Below are positions 9,564 to 20,003 of a stretch of 64,000 nt of DNA, in pieces. Source of the stretch: Burkholderiales bacterium (GTDB taxonomy: Bacteria > Pseudomonadota > Gammaproteobacteria > Burkholderiales > Burkholderiaceae_C). The notes under the pieces are model-generated. The model was given only the letters and a program-made list of their open reading frames with translations, was not told the DNA's origin and searched no databases. The translations under genes and the position numbers were made by a program. Position 1 is the stretch's first letter. Each line of letters opens with the position of its first letter. The stretch covers positions 9,881 through 73,880 of the forward strand of contig CANNRR010000001.1 of NCBI GenBank assembly GCA_947508055.1, in the 5' to 3' direction.

Positions 9564-10911
9564 CCGTTGACTCGACGGTTGATCCGACCAAAGCCTGGCG
9601 CACACGGTGGGCAGGAAAGCCGATAGTGAAAATTGAACCTTTGCCCGGGACACTTTCAATTGAAAGTTCCGCCCCGTGCCGCTGCGACACATGCTTGACG
9701 ATGGCCAGTCCCAGCCCAGTCCCACCGGTATCGCGAGACCGGCTGCGATCCACCCGATAAAAACGCTCCGTCAATCGCGGAATATGCTCCAGCGCGATAC
9801 CTGGGCCTTGGTCGCGCACCTGAAACGCTGCATTTCCCTCAGGTCGTAAACTGAATTCCACCTCAATACGCCGACCAACTGGGGTATAGCGGATTGCATT
9901 GCTGATCAAATTGGAGAGGGCGCTGTACAGTTCCGTCGAAGAGCCCGCAATCTCACACCCTGGCGCACGTTTGAACACCAAATCATGGAGCTGACCGGAC
10001 AAAATTTGGGACAGTCCCTGGGCGTCCTGCTCGCACTGACGCATCAATAAGTCGACCGAAACCCAGTCATGTGTCGATGGCAACGGGCTACCCTCCAACC
10101 TGGACAGTGTCAATAGATCGCTAACCAATGACTGCATGCGCTGTGCCTGTTGCGACATCAAAGCCAGATAACGCTGGCGCTCTTGCTCCTCCAGGGACAG
10201 TGTCTGCAAGGTTTCAACAAACCCGGCCAGCACTGTCAGCGGTGTGCGTATTTCATGGGAGACATTGGCGACGAAATCCCTGCGCATGGCTTCGGCCTGT
10301 TCGACCGCCGTAATGTCACGCGACAGCAGAAGCACACGCCCCTCCCCGTAGGGATGAACGTGCACAGAAATTTTGACAGGCTTTGACGCATTACTCTCAC
10401 GGCCCGGCATCGTGATGTCGTGCAAGAAATTGCGTGCCGCCAGATAGGCAACAAAGCCCGGGTCGCGCACCAAGTTTCCAATGTGCTGGAGCATGTCGCG
10501 CCGCGCATCAAATCCAAAATGCTCGGCCGCTGTCTGATTGAACCATTCGATGCGTGTATCGGAGTCCAGCAGCACCACGCCATTAGGAGATGCTTGTAAC
10601 GCAGCAAGAAAGTCTTCCAAGCGGCTATCACTCTCGACCGTCAGACGATGGCCATTGCGCAGCATGCGGCGCACCCGGTCGTAAGCCTCGCCCCACAAGC
10701 CGTTGCCCAGGGACAAATCAGTCGCAGCGCCTTCGCGCAACCATCGCAGCAAGCGCAGTCCCCGCATGCAGTCCATCACGAACCACAACAAGCTCCCAGC
10801 CAGCGCGCATGACAACGCCACGATCGATTTGTCTCCGTCCTGGGCCACAAACCAACCCAAGCCTGCGGCGCAGGCCTGACACAACACAAGGGTGGTGAGT
10901 CGCCAAAGCAT
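9550..10911 (-). CDS. phoR: Phosphate regulon sensor kinase PhoR
   Basis: PAS region, DFVANVSHEIRTPLT H-box, RLTERFYRVDRSRSRDTGGTGLGL. Confidence 0.97.
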   Translation of the reverse strand: MLWRLTTLVLCQACAAGLGWFVAQDGDKSIVALSCALAGSLLWFVMDCMRGLRLLRWLREGAATDLSLGNGLWGEAYDRVRRMLRNGHRLTVESDSRLEDFLAALQASPNGVVLLDSDTRIEWFNQTAAEHFGFDARRDMLQHIGNLVRDPGFVAYLAARNFLHDITMPGRESNASKPVKISVHVHPYGEGRVLLLSRDITAVEQAEAMRRDFVANVSHEIRTPLTVLAGFVETLQTLSLEEQERQRYLALMSQQAQRMQSLVSDLLTLSRLEGSPLPSTHDWVSVDLLMRQCEQDAQGLSQILSGQLHDLVFKRAPGCEIAGSSTELYSALSNLISNAIRYTPVGRRIEVEFSLRPEGNAAFQVRDQGPGIALEHIPRLTERFYRVDRSRSRDTGGTGLGLAIVKHVSQRHGAELSIESVPGKGSIFTIGFPAHRVRQALVGSTVESTVSSV

Positions 10912-10930
10912 CGGGTTAGGCGGTATCCCG

Positions 10931-11662
10931 CTAGGTCCTGATCTTCTCTGTTGTTGCGCCAGCAGCCACTGGCGCGGGGGTAATGGTCAAACGGTAACCG
11001 GCGCCGCGCACGGTCTCAACCATCGTTCCGGCCTGCGCCATTGCTTCGCGCAAGCGCTTGACGTGCACGTCCACCGTACGTTCTTCGATGTACACATGGT
11101 CACCCCATACTTTGTCCAGCAACTGCGAGCGGCTGTGGACCCGTTCTGCATGGCCCATAAAGTAATGCAGCAATTTGAACTCTGTGGGACCCAACTTCAA
11201 CGGCCGGTCTTCAAACGACACCCGATGGGTCGTGGGGTCCAGCACCAACGCGCCCATGGCCAGAACCTCGCCCGCTTGCTCAGGCGTACGACGGCGCAAT
11301 ACGGCACGTATGCGAGCCAATAGTTCCTTGGTTGAAAACGGCTTCGCAATATAGTCGTCTGCGCCCGCATCCAACCCCGCAACACGGTCTGCTTCATCGC
11401 CGCGAGCCGTCAACATGATGATGGGAACCGCGTGCGTTCGAGGGTCAGCACGCCAGCGCTTGGCCAGCGTCAAGCCGCTCTCGCCTGGAAGCATCCAGTC
11501 CAGCAGTATTAGGTCGGGCAGACTTGCATCGAGATCTTTTTGCGCAGTGACGCTGTCCATAGCCCAAATCGGACGAAACCCGTTGTGCCGCAGATTGACT
11601 GCAATGAGTTCGGCAATCGAAGACTCGTCCTCGACCACCAGGACCGACGGCATGGTTCTCAC
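10931..11662 (-). CDS. phoB: Response regulator PhoB (start may be 11653)
   Basis: LDWMLPG receiver, GPTEFKLL, VWGDHVYIEERTVDVH. Confidence 0.97.
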   Translation of the reverse strand: MRTMPSVLVVEDESSIAELIAVNLRHNGFRPIWAMDSVTAQKDLDASLPDLILLDWMLPGESGLTLAKRWRADPRTHAVPIIMLTARGDEADRVAGLDAGADDYIAKPFSTKELLARIRAVLRRRTPEQAGEVLAMGALVLDPTTHRVSFEDRPLKLGPTEFKLLHYFMGHAERVHSRSQLLDKVWGDHVYIEERTVDVHVKRLREAMAQAGTMVETVRGAGYRLTITPAPVAAGATTEKIRT

Positions 11663-12360
11663 TTGACCACCGACTCGATTTTTTCCATCGGTGTATGCCG
11701 CACGTCTTCACCCTTGACCACATAAATGATGAACTCGGCAATATTTTTTGCGTGGTCGCCAATGCGCTCGATCGCTTTAGCCAGAAACAGTAAATCCAGA
11801 CTCGGTGAAATCATGCGTGGGTCTTCCATCATGTAGGTGATGAGTTTGCGCACAAAACCGTCAAACTCCGCATCGATCAGGTTGTCCTCTTTCAGAATGG
11901 CAACCGCCGCATTCACGTCGAGCCGGGCAAAGGCGTCCAGCGCTTTGTTAAGCAGGCCAGACGCCAGATCGGCGGCAACCCGCAATTCCAGGGACGGCAA
12001 CGACCGCGGTGAACCGCTCTGGATAATGGAGCGCACCATGCGGGCAATTTTTTCCGCCTCGTCGCCAACCCGCTCCAGATTCGCAGTAGTTTTCGAAATA
12101 GCGATCAACAACCGCAGATCGCGCGCGGTAGGTTGGCGTCTTCCAATGATCGATGAAAGATCGCGATCAATCTCTACTTCCATCGCGTTCACTCGCGCCT
12201 CATTGGCGCTCACCTCGTTGGCGACCTCCACACTGAATTGTGACAGCGCGTAAATGGCACGTCTGATTTGTGATTCGACCAATCCGCCGAGTTCCATCAC
12301 CTGCGAGGAAACGGAGGTCAATTCACTGTCGAACTGCGTTGATAAATGTTTGTCTGCCAT
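11659..12360 (-). CDS. phoU: Phosphate signalling protein PhoU
   Basis: RRQPTARDLR, LERVGD, IERIGDHAKNIAE. Confidence 0.97.
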   Translation of the reverse strand: MADKHLSTQFDSELTSVSSQVMELGGLVESQIRRAIYALSQFSVEVANEVSANEARVNAMEVEIDRDLSSIIGRRQPTARDLRLLIAISKTTANLERVGDEAEKIARMVRSIIQSGSPRSLPSLELRVAADLASGLLNKALDAFARLDVNAAVAILKEDNLIDAEFDGFVRKLITYMMEDPRMISPSLDLLFLAKAIERIGDHAKNIAEFIIYVVKGEDVRHTPMEKIESVVK

Positions 12361-12369
12361 ATCTTCTTT

Positions 12370-13149
12370 CTATCCGAATCGGCCTGTGATGTAGTCTTCG
12401 GTTTCCTTGCGAGTGGGCTTGAAGAACATTTGTTCCGTCGAGCCAAACTCCACCAGATCGCCCAGGTACATATACGCCGTGTAGTCGCTACAGCGCGCTG
12501 CCTGCTGCATGTTGTGGGTCACGATGACCACCGTGTAATCGCTCTTGAGTTCCACAATCAGTTCCTCCACCTTGGCCGTTGATATGGGGTCCAGTGCAGA
12601 ACAGGGTTCATCAAGCAGCAGCACTTCGGGTTTGATGGCAATGCCGCGGGCAATGCAAAGACGCTGCTGTTGTCCGCCCGACAGGCTGGAGCCGCTCTGT
12701 TGCAATTTATCCTTGACCTCATTCCAAAGCGCAGATTTTCGTAAGGCCCATTCGACCCGCTCTTCCATGTCCGTTGTGTTGAGCGACTCAAACAGTTTCA
12801 CACCAAAAGCAATGTTGTCAAAAATTGACATCGGAAACGGCGTTGGCTTCTGGAACACCATACCAACCTTGGCCCGCAACAAGGCAACGTCTTCCTTGCT
12901 GGTGAGCAGGTTCTCACCGTCGAGAAGAATTTGGCCTTCAGCCCTTTGCTCCGGATAAAGCTCAAACATGCGGTTAAAGACCCGCAGCAGTGTTGACTTG
13001 CCACAGCCTGAAGGACCGATAAAGGCTGTCACCTTGTTCTCGGGAATCTCCAGATTAATTTCTTTCAGCGCATGGAACTTGCCATAGAAGAAGTTCAGAT
13101 CCTTGACTGCGATCTTGGTCTTTTCAGGAGCCGTAGAAGTATTCAGCAT
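12370..13149 (-). CDS. pstB: Phosphate ABC transporter ATPase
   Basis: [37 protein letters not shown]. Confidence 0.98.
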   Translation of the reverse strand: MLNTSTAPEKTKIAVKDLNFFYGKFHALKEINLEIPENKVTAFIGPSGCGKSTLLRVFNRMFELYPEQRAEGQILLDGENLLTSKEDVALLRAKVGMVFQKPTPFPMSIFDNIAFGVKLFESLNTTDMEERVEWALRKSALWNEVKDKLQQSGSSLSGGQQQRLCIARGIAIKPEVLLLDEPCSALDPISTAKVEELIVELKSDYTVVIVTHNMQQAARCSDYTAYMYLGDLVEFGSTEQMFFKPTRKETEDYITGRFG

Positions 13150-13183
13150 GGGATATTTTTCGGAATAATGGCCGCAGGAGAGC

Positions 13184-14044
13184 TCAAATCTTGGTGCGGG
13201 TCAACACCCGCGCCAAAATATTCAAGCCCAAAACAGCGGCAGTAATGATGAAGACACCAGCCCACGCCAGCTTCTGCCAGTTTTCGTAGGGACTCATGGC
13301 AAACTTAAAGATCGTAACCGGCAAACTGGCCATCGGCTCGCTTAGGCTGCTGGTCCAGAACTGGTTACTCAAAGCAGTAAACAACAATGGTGCAGTCTCA
13401 CCTGCGATACGCGCCACCGCCAACAAAACGCCGGTAATCACGCCGGTTCTGGCCGCCTTGAGCGTGATACTCAAAATAACCTTCCATTTGGGCGCACCCA
13501 GTGCATAGGCCGCTTCACGCAGACCGGGTGGAACCAGTTGCAGCATGTTTTCGGTCGTACGAATCACAACCGGGATCACCAGCAAAGACAACGCGACAAC
13601 CCCGGCGTAACCTGAAAACGACTTGAACCGCGAAACAACCACCGCGTAAACAAACAGGCCAATAACGATGGAGGGCGCCGACAACAAGATATCGTTGACG
13701 AAACGGGTAACGGTCGCGAGCCAGCTCTTGGAGTCAAACTCCGCCAGATAAATGCCCGCCATCACGCCAATGGGCGTGCCCAATCCCGTTGCCAGCATGA
13801 CCATGATGAACGAACCATAGATGGCATTGGCCAGCCCGCCTTCGTCATTGGGTGGTGGCGTCATCTGGGTAAACGTGGCAACCGTCAGGCCGCCAATCCC
13901 CAGGCGAATCGTCTCCCAGAGAATCCAGAACAACCAAAAAAGACCAAAAGCCATGGCCGCCAGAGCCATGCCGGTCGCTAGTTGGTTGACACGCTTGCGG
14001 TAGGCAAACTTGGCCGCACGCATTTGGTATGCCGTGACGCTCAT
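13184..14044 (-). CDS. pstA: Phosphate ABC transporter permease
   Basis: [28 protein letters not shown]. Confidence 0.97.
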   Translation of the reverse strand: MSVTAYQMRAAKFAYRKRVNQLATGMALAAMAFGLFWLFWILWETIRLGIGGLTVATFTQMTPPPNDEGGLANAIYGSFIMVMLATGLGTPIGVMAGIYLAEFDSKSWLATVTRFVNDILLSAPSIVIGLFVYAVVVSRFKSFSGYAGVVALSLLVIPVVIRTTENMLQLVPPGLREAAYALGAPKWKVILSITLKAARTGVITGVLLAVARIAGETAPLLFTALSNQFWTSSLSEPMASLPVTIFKFAMSPYENWQKLAWAGVFIITAAVLGLNILARVLTRTKI

Positions 14045-15072
14045 GTTTTGGCTCCTTCGTTCTTGCGAAGTTGTGACAAAAGCAACTTGGACAAGGACAA
14101 AATTACAAATGTAATAAAGAACAAAACCAATCCAAGGTACATCAACGAAGCTTGGTGCAACCCCTCCCCCGCTTCGGCAAATTCATTGGCCAAGGCGGAA
14201 GTAATGCTATTGGCGGCTTGAAAAAGGCTCAAAGAATCCAACTGGTTGAAGTTGCCGATGACAAATGTCACCGCCATGGTCTCGCCAATGGCCCGACCCA
14301 GCCCCAGCATGATTCCGCCAATGACACCTGTCTTGGTATAGGGCAGTACAACCTTGGTCACAACTTCCCATGTTGTAGCACCAAGTCCATATGCCGACTC
14401 CTTGAGCAAGGGTGGCGTGACTTCAAAAACATCCCGCATCACCGCAGCAATAAACGGAATGATCATGATGGCCAGAATGATGCCGGCCGACAAAATGCCA
14501 ATACCGACCGGCGGGCCCGAAACAAAGGCCCCGAGGTAGGGCACACCGGTAAAAGCAGCCTGAAGCGGTTCCTGCACATAGGTCGCCAACACCGGACCAA
14601 AGACCAGAAGACCCCACATGCCATAGACGATGGACGGTACGGCTGCCAGCAACTCGATGGCGGTACCCAGCGGCCTCTTGAGCCAGGCCGGTGACAGCTC
14701 GGTTAAAAACAAGGCGATGCCGAAACTCACGGGCACGGCAATGAGCAACGCAATGAACGATGTAACCAGGGTGCCATAAATCATCACCAGGCCACCAAAC
14801 TCTTCCTTGACCGGGTCCCATGTGGTGCTGGTCAGAAAGCCCAACCCATACCTGTCAATGGCAGGCCAAGCATTGATCGTGAGCGAGCCCAAAATGGCGA
14901 TCAGCATGCACAGCGTAAAAAGCGCTGCCGCCTTGGCCAGCCAACCGAAAACTCGGTCAGCCCAAGGGCCCGAACGGGCTTTTTTGACAGGTGGAGGTTG
15001 GATCATTGCGCGTACCGACTGGGTGGCAGAAGGGTTGGACGGAAAGTCGCCGTGAGCCAGTGTAGTTGACAT
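14041..15072 (-). CDS. pstC: Phosphate ABC transporter permease
   Basis: [31 protein letters not shown]. Confidence 0.97.
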   Translation of the reverse strand: MSTTLAHGDFPSNPSATQSVRAMIQPPPVKKARSGPWADRVFGWLAKAAALFTLCMLIAILGSLTINAWPAIDRYGLGFLTSTTWDPVKEEFGGLVMIYGTLVTSFIALLIAVPVSFGIALFLTELSPAWLKRPLGTAIELLAAVPSIVYGMWGLLVFGPVLATYVQEPLQAAFTGVPYLGAFVSGPPVGIGILSAGIILAIMIIPFIAAVMRDVFEVTPPLLKESAYGLGATTWEVVTKVVLPYTKTGVIGGIMLGLGRAIGETMAVTFVIGNFNQLDSLSLFQAANSITSALANEFAEAGEGLHQASLMYLGLVLFFITFVILSLSKLLLSQLRKNEGAKT

Positions 15073-15113
15073 GGTTACCTTGCCGTTCTAACCCGTACCG
15101 GATGCCTGGCTGC

Positions 15114-16157
15114 TTACTTGAACGCCACCGGTTTGCCGGCGTTGTCCTTGATCTCACCCCAGGATTTTTCGATTGCAGCAATCACAGGCTTGGGCATGGG
15201 CACATAGTCCAGATCGGCAGCGGTCTTGTCACCATTTTTGTAGGCCCAACTGAAGAACTTCAGTACTTCGGTTGCACTTGCCGGCTTGTCCTGCTTGGTG
15301 TGCATCAGGATGAAGGTGGCACCGGAAATTGGCCATGCATCTTTACCGGGTTGGTTAGTCAGAATTTGGTAGAACGACTTGGCCCAATCCGCGCCCGCAG
15401 CTGCGGCCTTGAAGCTCTCATCTTCAGGCTTTACAAAATTTCCAGCCGAGTTTTGCACCGTGGCGTAGTTCAGCTTGTTCTGCTTGACGTAGGAGTATTC
15501 CACATAGCCCATGGAATTGGGCAAACGACCCACGAACGCAGCAACACCCTCATTGCCCTTGCCACCGGCGCCCACTGGCCAATTCACAGCAGTACCCTCT
15601 CCCACCTTCGACTTCCACTCTGCATTCACCTTACTCAGGTAGTTGGTGAAGATGAACGTGGTGCCAGAGCCATCAGCGCGGCGAACCTGGGCAATCGCCG
15701 CATCGGGCAACGCCAGCGTCGGATTCAAAGCCTTGATGGCAGGGTCATTCCAGCGTGCAATCTTTCCGAGAAAAATGTCGCCCAGCAACTGGCCCGTCAA
15801 TTTGAGCTGTCCAGGCTCAATGCCCTTGACGTTAATCACCGGAACCACACCTCCCATCACCGTAGGGAATTGCATCTGGCCTTTGGTCTTCAGAACTTCG
15901 TCTGTCAAAGGCATGTCTGACGCACCAAAATCGACCGTCTTGGAGTCAATCTGCTTGATGCCGCCGCCTGAACCGATGGACTGGTAGTTCACCTTCACAC
16001 CGGTCGCCTTGTTGTACTCGGACGCCCATTTGGCGTAAATGGGTGCTGGAAAGGTTGCACCTGCTCCAGTCACTTCCTGGGCACTGGCGGCACCAGCAAA
16101 ACCCAGGGTAGAGGCTAGAGCCAAGGACAAAAGCGGTAATTTGAAAGTCATTCGCAT
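15114..16157 (-). CDS. pstS: Phosphate-binding protein
   Basis: Signal peptide, [20 protein letters not shown]. Confidence 0.98.
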   Translation of the reverse strand: MRMTFKLPLLSLALASTLGFAGAASAQEVTGAGATFPAPIYAKWASEYNKATGVKVNYQSIGSGGGIKQIDSKTVDFGASDMPLTDEVLKTKGQMQFPTVMGGVVPVINVKGIEPGQLKLTGQLLGDIFLGKIARWNDPAIKALNPTLALPDAAIAQVRRADGSGTTFIFTNYLSKVNAEWKSKVGEGTAVNWPVGAGGKGNEGVAAFVGRLPNSMGYVEYSYVKQNKLNYATVQNSAGNFVKPEDESFKAAAAGADWAKSFYQILTNQPGKDAWPISGATFILMHTKQDKPASATEVLKFFSWAYKNGDKTAADLDYVPMPKPVIAAIEKSWGEIKDNAGKPVAFK

Positions 16158-16194
16158 GGGTAACCTTTAATTCGGTTGATTGAGGAATGGTTGG

Positions 16195-16228
16195 ACTTTA
16201 AGAAAGTAATGTGACAAGTCTGTGACAA
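16195..16228 (-). promoter_or_regulatory. Pho box plus -10 of pstS
   Basis: TTGTCAC AGAC TTGTCAC, 10 bp, TAAAGT. Confidence 0.9.
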
Positions 16229-16311
16229 AACTGCTGGAATTTGAAATCGGTACCGTATTGCACCCACAGCGTGAAGGCCACCCACCGAATAGGGAACAAA
16301 CATTCATGCGT

Positions 16312-16345
16312 TTGTCACATGGTTGTCACAAGAGGTTTTTACGCT
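16312..16345 (+). promoter_or_regulatory. Pho box plus -10 of fasciclin lipoprotein gene
   Basis: TTGTCAC ATGG TTGTCAC, 10 bp, TACGCT. Confidence 0.85.
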
Positions 16346-16378
16346 TGGCATTTTTAAACCAACCCGATGGAATACACC

Positions 16379-16879
16379 ATGTCACAGTTCAATGCATCTT
16401 CCCTCCCCCGCCGCATCGCCCTGGTTGCCGGCCTCGCGCTGGCATTGGCCGGATGTGCGACGCCCCCCGGCCCGGTCAATCTGGCCGACACTATTGCCGC
16501 CAATCCAGCATTGAGCACACTGAACGCCCTGGTTGCACAAGCTGGACTGACTGAAACTTTAAAAGCAGGTGGCCCCTTTACGGTCTTTGCCCCCACCAAC
16601 GATGCGTTCAAAGCGGCACCCCACAGTGCCATGGCTGAATTGTCCAGCAATCCGTCAAAACTGAAGGATGCTTTGACCCTCCACCTGCTTACCGGCAAAG
16701 TTTTGGCAACAGACGTCAAGAACGCGAGCGTCAAGACAGTCAACGGCGCCAGTGTGGCATTGTCCAAGGCGGGCGACTTTGTGACCATCGAGAGCGCAGT
16801 GGTTGTGACCCCTGATTTGCAAGCAACCAATGGCGTCATTCACACCATCGACACTGTGTTGATGCCTGCCAAGAAGTAA
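16379..16879 (+). CDS. Fasciclin (FAS1) domain lipoprotein (start 16367 or 16379)
   Basis: Lipobox LAGC; GPFTVFAPTNDAF and NGVIHTIDTVL FAS1 motifs. Confidence 0.92.
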   Translation: MSQFNASSLPRRIALVAGLALALAGCATPPGPVNLADTIAANPALSTLNALVAQAGLTETLKAGGPFTVFAPTNDAFKAAPHSAMAELSSNPSKLKDALTLHLLTGKVLATDVKNASVKTVNGASVALSKAGDFVTIESAVVVTPDLQATNGVIHTIDTVLMPAKK

Positions 16880-16991
16880 TCCAGTCAAAGCCGGCAGGTT
16901 GAGAACTACCCCGGCAACATAATGGCGTATCGGTGGCCGGTGCTATGCTCAAGCGATATCGCCACCATCTAGAAGAAAAGAACCAACACGC

Positions 16992-18494
16992 ATGGGAACT
17001 CGCCTGGCCGCTGTGGATTTGGGATCCAACAGCTTTCGTCTGGAAATTGGACGCATTGAACACGGTGCCTTTCAACGCACTGAATATCTTAAAGAGACTG
17101 TCCGCCAGGGCGGTGGTCTGGACGAAGAACGCAACCTGACCGTCGCCGCCATGCAAAATGGCTGGGACTGCCTGGCCCGATTTGGGGAGAGACTGGCGGG
17201 CTTCGAACCCGGTGAAGTACGGGCTGTGGCCACGCAAACCCTGCGCGAGGCACGCAATCGTGACGCATTCCTCCTGCGCGCCAATGCCATTCTGGGTTTT
17301 CCCATCAACATCATCTCGGGTCGCGAAGAAGCACGACTGATCTACCAGGGCGTGGCACAAATGCTGCCGCAATCGGACGAACGGCGCATTGTGATTGACA
17401 TCGGCGGGCGCTCGACCGAACTGATTTTGGGCAAGGGGCCAACACCAGTGGTCATGGAGTCCTTCCGGGTTGGCAGTATTGCCTGGTCAAACCGGTATTT
17501 CCCCGACGGACAGTTCACCAAGAAGTCATTCACGATTGCAGAAATTGCGGCTAAAGCTGTTTTGGACGAAGCGCTTGACGCGTACCACCCCAGTCTGTGG
17601 GATGCGGCCTACGGTTCTGCCGGAACGGTCAGTGCCATCGCTGACGTGCTGGTTGCATGCGGCTGGCCCAGTGGATCCGTTACGCAAGACGGACTGGACT
17701 GGCTGATGGACAAGCTGATCTCGGCACAAAGCGCTGACAGGTTGAAGTTGGCGGGTATGCGCGAAGACCGCAAAGCCATCATTGGCGGCGGCGTCAGCAT
17801 CGTGCGCGCCATTTTCAGTCTGCTGGGCATAAAAACGTTACACCAGGCTGCAGGTGGATTGCGCCACGGCCTGATCTGTGACCTGCTGGGTGCGTCCAGC
17901 CAGGACGACGATTTGCAGGCAAAGACGGTCCAGCGCCTGGCCAGCAAGTTTGGCGTGGATGCAACCCATGGTGCACGCGTGGGCAAAGTCGCCGCGCAAC
18001 TGTTCACTCAATTGACGGCCAGCCACGGCACGCTGGCTTCAGCGAACAACATCTGCCATCTTCAGAAACTGAAGTGGGCTGCGCAGTTGCATGAAATCGG
18101 CAGCCACATTTCGCACAGCGACTACCACAAGCACGGCGCCTATATTCTGGACAACGCGGATGCCATGGGTTTTTCGCTCTCGGAAATGCACCGTCTGAGC
18201 CTCTTGGTGCTGGGGCACCGGGGCAAGCTGCGCAAGGTCGAGACGGCGCTGGAAGAAACCGATCTGGCTGCCCAGCTGATTGCACTACGCCTAGCCGTCA
18301 TTCTGAGCCACGCCCGGCGCGACCCAGACTTGACCGGCATGACACTGTCCCGAACCGATGCTGGGGGGCGCAGCATGCAATTGCGCTGCCGTGCCGGCTG
18401 GGCAGAGGCCTATCCGCAGTCAGCCTACTTGCTGCGCGAAGAAGCCCATGCCTGGCAAAAAACGGCGTGGTCGCTGGACGTCATGGGCTGTTAG
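16992..18494 (+). CDS. ppx: Exopolyphosphatase Ppx/GppA
   Basis: AVDLGSNSFR, SGREEARL, DIGGRSTE, LHEIG. Confidence 0.95.
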   Translation: MGTRLAAVDLGSNSFRLEIGRIEHGAFQRTEYLKETVRQGGGLDEERNLTVAAMQNGWDCLARFGERLAGFEPGEVRAVATQTLREARNRDAFLLRANAILGFPINIISGREEARLIYQGVAQMLPQSDERRIVIDIGGRSTELILGKGPTPVVMESFRVGSIAWSNRYFPDGQFTKKSFTIAEIAAKAVLDEALDAYHPSLWDAAYGSAGTVSAIADVLVACGWPSGSVTQDGLDWLMDKLISAQSADRLKLAGMREDRKAIIGGGVSIVRAIFSLLGIKTLHQAAGGLRHGLICDLLGASSQDDDLQAKTVQRLASKFGVDATHGARVGKVAAQLFTQLTASHGTLASANNICHLQKLKWAAQLHEIGSHISHSDYHKHGAYILDNADAMGFSLSEMHRLSLLVLGHRGKLRKVETALEETDLAAQLIALRLAVILSHARRDPDLTGMTLSRTDAGGRSMQLRCRAGWAEAYPQSAYLLREEAHAWQKTAWSLDVMGC

Positions 18495-18595
18495 CAGGTG
18501 AACAATCAGGTGCAACCAGTGTGGCGCAGGAAACGGAAAACCTGCATCATGCCGTGGCAGTGCTCAAGGATATGCACGACCAAAAGTCTACATGG

Positions 18596-18652
18596 TCAAA
18601 TAGGCCTCTAGCGCTCGTAGAATATGCGTGAGCAGCTATCAACAATGTAGCA
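18596..18652 (-). repeat. 57-bp dispersed motif copy, intergenic
   Basis: TGCTA CATTGTTGA TAGC TGCTC ACGC ATATTCTA CGAGC GCTAGAG GCCT ATTTGA. Confidence 0.9.
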
Positions 18653-18683
18653 ACGAAACTCGAACATCGCATTGCGCCACAAC

Positions 18684-20003
18684 TCACGGTGCGCGCACAG
18701 ACTTGCCGGGCTTGGTCTGACGGTTCTCAAAATGCTTGAGTGCAACCCAAGTCAAGGCGCCCACCAGCACGGCTCCAAGTAAAAAGCCGCCAAAGGCCAA
18801 CGGCCACGCAATGCCTTGGGTCATCATGGAAAACTCGGACATACCGCCCACACCCGCCAAAATGTTAATGGGCATGAACACAACACCAAATACCGTCAAC
18901 TGATTGATGCGCTTGTTCTGGTTGATATTGATGAAACCGATGGTTGCGTCCATCAGAAAATTGATCTTGTCGAACAGAAACGAGGTGTGGCTGTTCAATG
19001 ACTCGATGTTCTGAAGTATCTGCCTGGCGTCGTCAATTTGAGCCGGCGCAAGGGTCTTGCAACGGATCAAGAAGTTGATGGCCCGCTGCGTGTCCAGAAT
19101 ATTGCTGCGAATGCGACCATTCAGGTCTTCCTCCTCCGCGATATCGCCCAGAATGGTCGCAGCTTCCCGGTCGCTGATGGCCTCACTCAACACCTGGCGA
19201 CCCACTTTGCCCAACGTGGTGTAGATGTCTTCCAGCGAATCCGCTGAATACTCGACGTCTGCACCATACAAATCAATCAGCAAATCATTGCAATCCAATG
19301 CATAGCCCGGCTGCGTGGCGGCACGTCGACGCTGCAACCTGAACACCGGCAGGTCTTCGTTGCGAAGCGAAAACAAGATGCCACCGTGCACGATAAAGAC
19401 GACCGGAACGCTGCGCGAGTTGCCTTCCCTGTCGAGCAGGAAGTTGGAGTGGAGGTGGACATCACCGTTTGCTTCTACATGGAATCGGTTGCTGACCTCC
19501 AGGTCCGTGATGTCGCCAGGGTCTGGTAGCGCCAAGCCGAAATGAGCCCCCACGTAGCTGCGCTCTGCCTTGGTTGCATTGATCAGGTCTATCCAGACCG
19601 GACGAATGCCCTCCAAGTGCTTTCGACTGTCGATGGCGACCAATTGCAATCTACCCTCCCGCAGTTCGAAAGCATTGATCTGCGTGGCGTCAAATGCCGG
19701 TTCACGATTGCCTACCAGTCGCTCGCGACACGCGTCGGACACCTCCCAGAGGATCTCATTTTGGCGGCCTTCTGACACTTGCTGCCAAAAAGGGGTGGCG
19801 TCGGCGGGGGGCAGTGCCTCCAGTATTGCGCCAATTTCCTCGGATGGCGTTTGGGCTATGAAATTCTGCAATTCTGCAGAGTGCTGTCTGTGCACCAGGG
19901 TTTCAATGATCTCGTGGCGCGGCATGCTTTGACCATGCACCATGCCCTCCACGCGCCGTTGCTTTCGCAGCATCTCCGAGACTTTATCCATCGACATAGT
20001 CAT
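18684..20003 (-). CDS. corA: CorA-family divalent cation transporter with MgtE-N-like N-terminal extension (start uncertain, 19991-20027)
   Basis: WIDL, SLNSHTSFLFDKINFLMDATIGFININQN, two C-terminal TM helices with GGMS. Confidence 0.88.
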   Translation of the reverse strand: MTMSMDKVSEMLRKQRRVEGMVHGQSMPRHEIIETLVHRQHSAELQNFIAQTPSEEIGAILEALPPADATPFWQQVSEGRQNEILWEVSDACRERLVGNREPAFDATQINAFELREGRLQLVAIDSRKHLEGIRPVWIDLINATKAERSYVGAHFGLALPDPGDITDLEVSNRFHVEANGDVHLHSNFLLDREGNSRSVPVVFIVHGGILFSLRNEDLPVFRLQRRRAATQPGYALDCNDLLIDLYGADVEYSADSLEDIYTTLGKVGRQVLSEAISDREAATILGDIAEEEDLNGRIRSNILDTQRAINFLIRCKTLAPAQIDDARQILQNIESLNSHTSFLFDKINFLMDATIGFININQNKRINQLTVFGVVFMPINILAGVGGMSEFSMMTQGIAWPLAFGGFLLGAVLVGALTWVALKHFENRQTKPGKSVRAP

